Source of the DNA: Eledone cirrhosa
Taxonomy: Eukaryota
Reading direction: 5' to 3'
Assembly (NCBI GenBank): GCA_964016885.1
Contig: OZ024743.1
Span: 122,326,001 to 122,390,000, forward strand
Length of the DNA: 64,000 nucleotides
Below, in pieces: positions 40,946-52,096 of this stretch. Each line of letters starts with the position of its first letter. Position 1 is the first letter of the stretch. The translations under genes and the position numbers were made by a program. The notes below the pieces were generated by a model that saw nothing but the letters and a program-made list of their open reading frames with translations, was not told the DNA's origin and did no database searches.

Positions 40946-43900
40946 GCTTTCTTTATTAACCACAAGGGTTTACATAAAGTAGACATTAAGGACAATACAG
41001 GACAATACAGGACGGTACAAATGGGCATTTCTGCGTGTAAAAAAAAGAAAAAAAAAGAGGATGTAACAAAAAAAGAACAATGAAAAATTCCCCAATAGGG
41101 GGGAAACTTCCGAGGGCCATCGTGGAGCCCATTAAAAAAAGCCACGGTGACCCTGACCACCAGGACAAGCGCCCTCTCCCAGTTTTCCACCTTCAATTTA
41201 CAGGCATATACTCAGAGTAGGTCCATTCACTCGGGCCAGTCTTGCCTCTCTCACCCATCTTTCAACAAAATGCTGGGAAGAGAGCACTTCCCTCTCTACC
41301 CTGATTTTCCTTTTCAAATGAAATTTGAAAAAGTTAATCAGGGCATCACCGAAGAGGTAAGTGCTCGTCTTCAGCCCTTTCAAACGTGTCCACCATACTA
41401 TCTCTTTCGCTTTGGCCACCAGACAGATAAAAACTGCCTGCCCTTCCCGGCTAAAGGGAGACGGCGAGGCAATCCTCACGATGGACTCAGCTGATAGCCG
41501 GATCCGTCCGACACGCGACAGCAGGTTCGACATAAACCCACAATTCAGCAATACTCGGAAACTGGACGAGTGCATGCAGGACGGTTTCGTCGCCCGGCGC
41601 GCATCTCGGACATGCCCGCTGACGGCACTTCCATGCATGTAGAGTTTATCCGGAACTGGCAAAGCTCCTCGGTAGCACTGCCAGGCCAGGGATTCCTGGA
41701 AGTTGTCCATAGGCCCCGTCCCGAAAGTTCTTCCGAAGAGATTGGCTAGTTGATTTTCGTCGACGCCTAGAGTTTCCCCAAGTACGCCGTCGCTCTTCCC
41801 CTCCACTAATCCTCTATAGAACGCCAAGTTGGAGTTTCCACCGATTACATTTCCCGACTGGTCGAGGGCTGTGAGCGCCTGAAGACATTCCAGTCTCCAA
41901 GCGCTCCCTCTCGCTCTTCGCTTGACTCAGGACTACAGCTCCGTCAAGGAGACGAGCTGGGGAAAGACGCGTCTAGCAAACGGCGACCACACCTGATCAC
42001 CGTCGAGGAAGAGGTGGAGATGTATCCTGAGCGCGTGTCTGCGCATCATCAGCCACGGCATGCCCAGCACCCCACGTAGCGGGTGTTGACAGCAGATGGA
42101 CCGCCTGACCATCAGAGCGCGACTTTTCCACAAAAAACGAAAGAGCAAACGCTCCAGCTCAGTCAGGCGAGGCTTAGGACAAGGTACTACGGTCAGGCGG
42201 TAGTAGCTGACGGACGCGATGGACGCATTCGCCACCTCCGCTCGCCCTTTCAGGGATAGCTTCCTCTCCGCCCATTTCTGGGTGAAAGAAGCCACCCTGC
42301 TCGTCACCTCGTCCCAGGTTTTATCCGACTGGAGGTCCAGACCGAACCAGAACCCCTAGCAATTTAACCAGTCCGTCCGTCCAGCGCCCGACGACGCTGT
42401 TGGACGGCATGGACCTGCCTCTACAGGTGGTGAGCTGCAGGCCCACCGACTTTTCCTGGTTGATTATTGCACCTGTCACCGCCTCGTATTTTCTTAGTAT
42501 AGTGCCGATCGCCTCGATGTGTTTGGCGTTCGACACCACTACGGTGACATCGTGCGCATATGCTGACACGGAACATCCGCATCCTAGTTCGTGCACGGCA
42601 GCGATCCAGCCCCTGAAGACGGGCCCAGAGCTATCCGCCCTCAGGACTGCCGCCAGATAACGATATTCGCCTTATCGAAAGCTTTCGACTGATCTAAATT
42701 GATCAAGGACCCACCCGTGCCAGGTTCCCTAGCTACCCTCTCCACGACGATTCGCATGAGGTGGAGGTTGTCGTGGATAGATCTGTCTGGAATGGCGCAT
42801 GTCTGTGCCTCTCCCACCAGACCACCAACGACAAGCGCCAACCTCTTTGCTAGCACCTTGGCCAAAATATTGAACTCTGTGTTTAGCAGAGTTATGGGCC
42901 TGAAATTATCTATGTTATCCCCCTTGTTCGGATCATTTCTCAGCAGCGCCACGGCTCCTCGGCTCACAGAGCTGGGAATTCTCCCGTTCTGTTGCCAGTT
43001 GCAGTAGACGTCCACCAAGAGGCCTCCGAACAAGTCTGGCATGTGTACGTAAAGTTCGTAGGGAAGACCATCCAAACCAGGCGATTTACCCGTTGTGCAG
43101 CCAGTCATTGTCTCCAGTACTTCAGCGGCTGTTATCGGCTTTTCGCAACACTCCGCCTCAGTTGCCGAGAGCCGCGGCAGTCCGTCGAGGTAGGCACAAA
43201 AGTCCATCCCTCGATCCGGCCCGCCGCTGCCCCCGAACAGCTGAGCGAAGTGTTACTGAAAAGCTTCACACATTTGCCCGGGTTCGAGTAGCATGCATCT
43301 GTCGTGGTCCACCAAAGACCGGATCGAGGGTTTGTTGCCACGACGCGCCTCCGCCACTCGAGCCCATTAAACGGCTTTCGTCCCCTCGTGTCTGAGAGCA
43401 CGCACCCTAGCTCTGACAACGCAGCCTTCGTGCGTTGCATTGAAGAATTGGTCAAGGGTCAATTTCGCCGCAAGTACGTCGGTCGCGATGTCTTTACTAA
43501 GAGCCTCGTCTAATTTTCTAACTAGTTCTCCCTCTGCTCTATTTTTCTCTATTGCTAAAGCCTTACTAAACCTAATGGACTCTATTCTAATCGCTCTTTT
43601 CAGAGCAAACCACCATTTGTTGTTGACGATGGCCCCCTGTTTCGCTTGTTGGTGATTTTTGTGGTGTTGGTGATGGTGGTGTTGGGGTTAATGATGGTGA
43701 TGGTGTTGGTGTTTGTGGTGATGGGGCTGGTGATGCTGGTCTGGATGGTAGCATAGCTGTCTTAACTTTTTTTGTTTGTTTCACCCTGCATTTTGTTTTT
43801 GGAGGCCGAAGGAAGAGGATTTTTTTCTTTTTTGGGTTCTTTTTTTTCTTTTTTCCTGATACAGTTTGCCACTCCTCGTCGCCACAATCTGTCTCTATTT

Positions 43901-45403
43901 GCGATACATCGGGGAGTGGAAAATCCTCCACAGGCGTTGGTTTTGGTTGTGGCGTGGTGAATGGTGGAGGCGCTGGTGCTAATTCTGGCGCGGTGGATGG
44001 AGGTGGTGTTGGTGTTGATACTGTTGCTGCTACAGTTGCTGGGGTTGTTGCTGCTACAGTTGTTGCTGCCATTTCTGTTGCTGGTTTTGATGGTTGAGTC
44101 ACTGGGGTGGGTAGGAGAAGTGGCCTCAACTTTTTAGCCTGAGGGCAGAAAGCCTTTAGGTGGGTTCCTTCGCCACAAACGACACACCTAGGCCTTCTAC
44201 CCTCAACGATTACGGTGAGGTGGTTGCCGTCATTGAGGTATATCACCTCTGGAATTTCCTGTATGTTTATTTGGTCCGCTTGGATCAGGAGCTCCATCCC
44301 AGATCCAGACCACTTCTGCTTTTCTTTTGTTATCTCAATTACTTTATTGTTGGCCTCGATGTCGGCGAGGACGGCAGCCATTAGTCAGGGAATTTCGACG
44401 ACCGGCGGAACGTGGGTCACCCTGATCTTCACGAGTCTCTGACCACAATAACTTGGGACGAATGTGAACTCATCACTTCTTAATGGGGCCGTGTAGGGTT
44501 CCAAAGAACACGTCCACGGTTCCATATTTCTTCCCATGTCTGATGTGGGTTTTTTTTGCACACACATGTCCCAAAGCTTTTTGTATCTGGGACTCGGATG
44601 CCCGTTCCACCCGGCATGATTTTGTGTTTATCGTCCAATATGACACACACGGTGCATAGGCGCCGATGCTCCATTTTATTAGATGTGTGTGTGTGTGTGT
44701 GTGGGGGGGGGGGATGACCCTGTACCCATTTTTTTTACCATTCGCTTGGCTTCATTCAATTCATCCTGGCTTACCTCGATTGTTTCGCTTTTCGTGGCTG
44801 CTTTGGCAAACGACGCATTTTGTTTTGCTGTTGTTGTTATTCTCATTGTTGTTGTTGTTGTTGCTGTTGTTGTTATTGTTATTTTTACTTTCAGTTGTGG
44901 TTGTTGTTGTGGTGGTGGTGGTGTCGATTCTGGGTGAATCCATTTCGATGTCACGAGATAATAATTTATTTTTTGTTTCTGTTGTCGCTGTAGTGGTGGT
45001 GGTGGGGGTGGTGGTATCAGTGGTGTTGGTTGTTCTTTTTGACATTGTGAAGGTGGGGATGTTGGTAATGGCGGGAAATCCATGTCTGTATACGGCAAAT
45101 TTAAATAATTGAGACTGCTATTAATTATATTTTCAGTGTTGGCAACCGTGGCAAGGTTTACAATGGTGGTGGTGGTAGGGGATGTTAGTCTGTTTGAAAC
45201 AGGAGATTTGTCGTTCATGTTTTTTTTTCAAAGAAATATTTTGTTTGATAAATAAAAGTTTAAATTTTGGGCTCAAGGCCTCAATATTATTGAGTGTCCT
45301 TTTCAGAAAGCAATATATGTGAACTTATAAACACTTAACAACAAAAATTTTCCATAACTGGCAATTTGAAACAACTGAAAACAACAAACCTACGTAGGTC
45401 GCC
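40946..45403 (-). mobile_element. Tx1/L1-clade LINE copy 3 (ORF1 plus ORF2 lacking APE), flanked by (AAT)n
   Basis: ORF2 homologous to copies 1 and 2; 3' end AATAAAGAAAGC then (ATT)n on the element strand; (AAT)n at 40929-40945 and 45404-45420. Confidence 0.88.
43640..45218 (-). pseudogene. Tx1 ORF1 (gag-like) with CCHC zinc knuckle
   Basis: VIVEGRRPRCVVCGEGTHLKAFCP (CX2CX4HX4C), Pro/Thr-rich tail, WQTVSGKKKK; frameshifted. Confidence 0.8.
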
Positions 45404-45417
45404 AATAATAATAATAA

Positions 45418-45644
45418 TAATTGTTTCTACTTTTGGCACAAGGCCAGCAATTATATCAGTGCATTACTGGTACTTTATTTTATCGATCCCGTAAGGATGA
45501 AAGGCAAAGTTAACGTCGCCTTTATAATAATAATAATAATTGTTTCTACTTTTGGCACAAGGCCAGCAATTACCATGTACATTACTGGTACTTTATTCTA
45601 TCGACCCCGTAAAGATGAAAGGCAAAGTTAACCTTAGGGGGATT
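45418..45644 (-). mobile_element. Two tandem SINE family A 3' halves with (AAT)n tails
   Basis: 45418-45520 and 45538-45644. Confidence 0.82.
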
Positions 45645-45667
45645 AATAATAAATGATTGTTATTATT

Positions 45668-45744
45668 TTCTTCTTCTTCTTCTTCTTCTTCTTCTTCTTC
45701 TTCTTCTTCTTCTTCTTCTTCTTCTTCTTCTTCTTCTTCTTCTT

Positions 45745-45775
<31 letters not shown>

Positions 45776-46580
45776 GAGGGTCGTAGAGGCAGAGTCCTCA
45801 AACACTCTTTCCAACGGGTCATGTCAGAAGAAACCATCTCCAACTGATACGGTTGGATCCCCAAGCGAGACCAGCCAAGCTCATGGATGTTATCCAATCA
45901 TCTTGCTCGGGTCTACTCCTGGGTCTCCTGCTGCTTGGTTTTACCCGTAAAATCTGTCCAGCGATTCTTTCCTGAGACATTCTAACCACATGCCCATAGT
46001 CTAGGAGCTGTGATCTCTCAATTCGGAGAAATTTTGTCTCAACCTGGAGTGACTCTCTGATATCCGTGCTACGCACTCTATCGAGTAGCGTTACTCCAAA
46101 TATCCTTCGGAGGAACCCTATTTCGGCCGCTTGTATTCGCGATCGTATTATTTCGCTCATTACCCAAGATTCATGATCCTAGGTAAGAGTTGGCACGAAT
46201 ACCGAATTGAAGATAGGGAGTTTAGCTTTTAAACCTACCTCTCTTCTTTTGATTACCGAATGTTGAAGATGGAGCATCACTGTTCCAGCGCCTGCAATTC
46301 TTGTACTTAATTCAACCTCCTGCCTTCCATCACTCATGAACACTTTCCCGAGATACTTGAAATTCTCCATCTGCTTTAGTGGAACTCCACTCACAAGTAG
46401 AGAGTGTTGTGCAGGCTTCCTTGAGAGGATGAGTGTTTCAGCTCGACCTACAGGAATAAGATGAGAAACACTTGTAGATAAGGAATTCGTGAACAAGTTG
46501 TGATCCACATTTAGAGAAATCCCTGAGCAAACCGAAGACGTTGAAACATGATTGGAGAATGTTCAGCTTGGCAGCTTCTA
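45668..46580 (-). mobile_element. RTE (Expander-like) LINE 3' fragment with (AAG)n tail and an inverted 5' piece
   Basis: FKYLG...IFNSVFVPTLT...RIQAAEIGFLRRIFGVTLLDRVRS; (TTC)n at 45668-45774; plus-strand linker relic at about 46443-46580. Confidence 0.82.
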
Positions 46581-47278
46581 CTTTACCTGTTATTTTAGTA
46601 ATTGTAAAATTTCATAAGAAATTTTTCCCTCTCCAAATAGAGGGATGCCATATGATATTCCTTTTCATAAGAAAACTGCAGTAAATATAAAATATGTAAT
46701 AAATATTTATTGAAAAAAAAAGCAAATATTGTAGTCTGATCAAACGATATATTTTAATCGAGTATAAAACCGAGATTTACGTTATCGGGGGATCCTCTGT
46801 ATAGTTAAACAGAGCTGGCTACCCGCAGAAGTGAGCCTCGCTTCCTGAAATGGCTCTTCCAGAGCATCTCCCTCCCCATCCTCCGGGGAAACACCTTCTC
46901 TCCACCTTCTCTCCACCGGAACCGCGGGAAGGCCAGCGCGTGCTCCCCACCCCCAATTTGCTCATAATAATGAGATGGGGAGAGCGAGAGAGATGGAGGT
47001 ACTGGCAGTGGGAGATTGGTTCCAATGTGTTCGGACCTGGTGTAAATATGTGTGTTACAAATGTTTGAAGTTGTCATTATTCACGATGTAAATTACCGAG
47101 GATAGGATAATGTTTGGAAAGAATAACTTAATAATATATACGGAAAATGTATATACAAGCTAAACATGTAGAAGTACAACGAGAAAGGGATAGCAGTAAA
47201 AGACTGAAAGGGAAGTCATGAAATATTCTTCGAAAGGAATGAAAGGAAAACCCGACATATTTCTAAAAAAAAAAAAAT

Positions 47279-47590
47279 GTACGAAAGAAAAGAGAAACTA
47301 CGAAAGAAAGTACGAAAGAAAAGAGAAACTACGAAAGAGAAACTACGAAAGAAAGTACGAAAGAAAAGAGAAACTACGAAAGAGAAACTGCGAAAGAAAG
47401 TACGAAAGAAAAGAGAAACTACGAAAGAGAAACTGCGAAAGAAAGTACGAAAGAAAAGAGAAACTACGAAAGAGAAACTACGAAAGAAAGTACGAAATAA
47501 AAGAGAAACTACGAAAGAAAGTACGAAATAAAAGAGAAACTACGAAAGAGGAACTACGAAAGAAAGTACGAAAGAAAAGAGAGACTATAA
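47279..47590 (+). repeat. Purine-rich minisatellite, about 45-bp unit built from TACGAAAGA subunits
   Basis: TACGAAAGAAAAGAGAAAC-TACGAAAGAGAAAC-TACGAAAGAAAG repeated. Confidence 0.9.
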
Positions 47591-47814
47591 AGCTATTATT
47601 AAACATATACCTACACATAATTATATTTGTCTTTGCATGCGCATTCGTTATTAGGATGTTTGTACATGTGTTTCATATTGTCTATGTATTGTGAATGTAT
47701 TTATGTATTGCCGTGTTTTGACTACGTTTCGTTGCGCGCGCGAAATTTTCGATTAAATATGGGTGTCTTTGATATGCCTTGTGTATTTGTCTTAATATTC
47801 TATGTATGTATGTA

Positions 47815-49997
47815 TATCACTTTGATATAAAAACTGCGACTTCGTTTGTATCCAATGATGAAAACCAGTTCTTCTTTTTGGGCAAATGCATTCGATGTTT
47901 AGAGAGTTGGATTGGCTCCATGCAAAGCCTTTCCTCACTTAAAAAAAACTTCAAGCACAGGCATCGCTTAATATGTGACATTTTTTGTGATGCATGGTAT
48001 TGCTGGCCATAGGCAAGTCCCTAGCAGGACTAAAATGCCACGTCCTTGAAGCTCATGCTTATGTATCAAGTGATGGTATTACTCGAAATCGAGTTGCAGC
48101 CATCATGTATGTATGTATGTATGTATGTATGTATGTATGTATGTATGTATGTATGTATGTATGTATGTATGTATGTATGTATGTATGTATCATCATGTAT
48201 CATCATGTATGTATGTATGTATGTCAGGTCACCAGTTGGTGCTACTGGTAACATGTATCCCAGTACAACCTGTCTCATGGTCGGGTCGTTGGCGACTAAA
48301 CTGGCAACCCCACCAATGTTTCTTGGTGAAGAGGGTGACTTTGGACATCCTGCAGGACTAAAAACAAAACCTGTCAAAGGGCAAAGGAGCTCTTAAGAGT
48401 CAATGGCCATCCAAAATCACCGGGAGAGATGACCCCTTAGCCTTTGTCAAGGCAGAATTCTAAGAGAAGGAAAACTCTGATATAACACCTGCAACTCTGA
48501 TGGTATCCAATGATGTTGACTTGTTCTTCTTTTTGGTAAATATTATCTTAGTTAAGAGAGTGGGACTGGCTTTGTGCAGTGCCTTTGCTCATAAAAGCTT
48601 CACGGCACAGGCATTGCTTTATATCTGGAGATCTCTCTGCACTTGTCGTCACATGGTACCAAGGGCCCAGCACTATGTGTCAACAATTGTCACAGGTGTA
48701 GTGTTTGTACCAGAGTTTTCAGGTCGCTGGCTGGACTAAAAAGTCACACTCGTTCAGCGCATCGGTAGGAGTTCTCCTACATGGATATAAAGTAGTGACC
48801 GTACTCGAAAACGAGTTGGCAGCCACCATGTATGTATGTATGTATGTATGTATGTATGTATGTATGTATGTATGTATGTATGTATGTATGTATGTCAGAT
48901 TGCTCTTGAGTGCTACTGGTAACATGTAACCCAGTACAACCTGTCGGTCTCATGGTCGGGTCGTCGGCGACTAAATCGACAACCCCACCAAGTTTACTTG
49001 GTGAGGAGGGTGATTTTGGACACTCTGCAGGACAAAAAACAAAACCTGACAAAGGGCGAAAGAACTCATAAAAGTCAACGGCCATCCAAAAAAAATGTGT
49101 AATTATGTCTATACATGTGTATGTATATGTGTGTGCATGTGTATGTATATGCGCAGGGACATAGAAATAGTCGGGCTGGATACCCGATCGCACGGTTAAA
49201 CCACTGGGAGTGAAGGACCCCTAGTCTTCGTCAGGGCATTCTCCTAGGAGAAGGCAACTCAGGAAACTGGGATAACTCCGACATAAAACCTGCGGCTCAG
49301 TAGTTACCGATGATGTTGATCTTTTCTTCTTTTCGGGTTATAGCTACTGTCGCTCAGAGAGTGGGATTGGCTCAGTGCACAGTCTTTCCCCCCTTTAAAA
49401 AAAAATCTTCATTCACAGGCATTGCACGATAGAATTAATTAATAATTATTAATAATGTTATATCGTGCAATGGCCATACTCGATAACGAAGGGGCAGCCA
49501 TCATGTATGTATGTATGTATGTATGTATGTATGTATGTATGTATGTATGTATGTATGTATGTATTGGACACCCTGCGGGATGAAATACAAGACTCGGCAA
49601 AGGGCGGAGGAAATCAACAGAGTCAACGGCCATCCAAATATTACTTTTCTTTTTTTCATCTGGGAGTGAAAGCCCCCCCCCCCCAGTTGTCACAACACCT
49701 TTCTAAGAGAGGGAACTGAAACCCCCCCCCCCAAAAAAAAAACTGTGGCTTCGGAAGCATCCGATGATGTTGACCAGTTCTCTTTTTCGGGTAGTGTTTG
49801 CGATGCTCAGAGAGTGGGATTGGTCGAGTGCAAGGCCTTTCCCCACTTAAAAAACTTTCAAAGCTCAGGCATTGCTTGTTCAGGATCTGTTACAGGTTTG
49901 TGTGACTGACCGGTGCCTAAAAGTGCACCAAACTCTATAATCTGACAAGCGATTGCAGTACCCTTAGCAGAGTTTTAAGCCATCATGTATGTATGTA

Positions 49998-50000
<3 letters not shown>
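47815..50000 (+). mobile_element. Head-to-tail stack of four non-coding (ATGT)n-tailed elements, probably non-autonomous RTE derivatives
   Basis: Units at about 47815-48104, 48225-48827, 48896-49502 and 49564-49984 share ordered blocks and each ends AGCCA(T/C)C followed by (ATGT)n. Confidence 0.7.
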
Positions 50001-50056
<56 letters not shown>

Positions 50057-50059
50057 GTA

Positions 50060-50103
<44 letters not shown>

Positions 50104-50500
50104 CGTTTTCGAATGTGTGCTTGTGTGCGCATAGTATAAAAGATAAATAGAAAAGTATGTATAGCAGTACATCGCAGAAGAACGCACCAAAAAACAAAAA
50201 GGAGAAGTAAAAAAAAATGATTTACCACTCAATAAAGATTATTTTCTGTCATACGGCCAAACTGATAGTGTAGTAATTCAGATACAAAGAAAAAAATAAG
50301 TACTTATTAATTGGTTTGTAAATGGCAGATTAAAATCAACTGCATAGTACTTATTCTTTTGGTAAATGATTTGTTGGAGAAATAATTCTAATGGAAAGTG
50401 AGTGATGTTATTTAGTGGGATTCATGTATGGAAAATAATGTCATACTAAGGGGAGAATGGATTTATGGTTGTCACATTGTAGCTAAAGTATTCTGATTAA

Positions 50501-50564
<64 letters not shown>

Positions 50565-51302
50565 CAGATAATTCATATATATATTATCAAATAATTCTCT
50601 GGACATGATATACTGTATAGTATTTTGCTCTGATTGTTTAATTTATTAATTCTTCATTGAGCCGCATCGTGAATAGTTGCCAGAACACATATATACCTGT
50701 GACTTTGTTTAATTGGTGTATGTGTAAATATTTATATTTAATAATCTCCCATAAGGTTGAGATACAATTTGGGCGATATTAGGCTGCGCTTTCTAGCAAC
50801 CAACCCACTCGCCGTAAGCAACCAATCACACCCTTCCTGACTTGACCACTGCCACTTCACAGTTCTCAACCATTTTGAATTCGTGTTTGGCGGGGGCCAC
50901 TTCGGAAAATAATCTGTCCTAGCGAGTTTGTCCCCTGAAGAGCTCTAAAACTTGAGATTTATCCTTAATAAGGTATCTCAAAAGTGAGCGAAACCCATGG
51001 GTCGGGATTTAGTGATTTAATCCTGGTATGTATATAAGCATTTCTAACTTTAATTTAACCTAATTATGTATGGTTGACCGTATATTTAATTAATTTCCAC
51101 GTGCTGTTGAAATGTTGGGTAAATATTCTATAGCGGTTGGACGCGAAGACACTGCTGTGGCGTATTTATTTACTGTTTCTTCATAGGTTCATATTATTTA
51201 TTTTTTCATTTATCTATATACAAATACATAAATATGTTATATAAAAATAAATAAAAATAAAAATGGAATAGACATTACAATACAACGGGAGGAAACAATA
51301 GT

Positions 51303-51344
51303 ACCACTGATGATGTCACAGGTGTGTGACGAAAGAACTTTGAT
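51303..51344 (+). ncRNA. Hammerhead motif related to the one at 59586-59630
   Basis: CTGATGA-t-GTCACAggtgTGTGAC-GAAA-GAAC-TT, directly before a (TA)n run. Confidence 0.55.
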
Positions 51345-51499
51345 AGACTATATATATATATATTTGTATCTATATTTTTAACCGTTGGTCAATCAATGAT
51401 ACACATTGGTTGCCAGCTAAATTAACTATAGGGATATATAATACACAGAAGCGAAAACCAATCCAAACCAAACAGTGACTGTATTTTATTATTATTTCT

Positions 51500-51690
51500 G
51501 GCGGTGGATTGGCAGTATTGGTAGAGGGTCGGACGCCATGCTTTGACGTATAGAGTTACGGCCCTTGCCTTTCTGGGTTCAAATCCCGCCAAGGTTAACT
51601 TTGCCTTTCATCCTTACGGGGTCGATAAAATAAAGTACCAGTAATGCACTGGGTAATTGCTGGCCTTGTGCCTAACGTTGAAACAATGAT
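51500..51690 (+). mobile_element. Full-length SINE family A copy with 12-bp TSD
   Basis: ATTATTTCTGGC at 51491-51502 and 51689-51700. Confidence 0.88.
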
Positions 51691-51729
51691 TATTTCTGGC
51701 AATATTATAACAATATTACCCTCCCCAAA

Positions 51730-51867
<138 letters not shown>

Positions 51868-51897
51868 TATATATATATATATATATATATGAATATG

Positions 51898-51949
<52 letters not shown>

Positions 51950-51957
51950 TATGTATG

Positions 51958-52096
<139 letters not shown>

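Noticed and set aside
45643-45897. Poly-Lys and poly-Phe ORFs
   Set aside because: Translation of the (AAG)n tail of the RTE fragment.
47815-50000. GCAGCCA(T/C)CATG as Kozak start codons, or the array as CRISPR-like
   Set aside because: The ATG is the first unit of the (ATGT)n tail, and the 'spacers' are homologous to one another in eukaryotic DNA with no cas genes.
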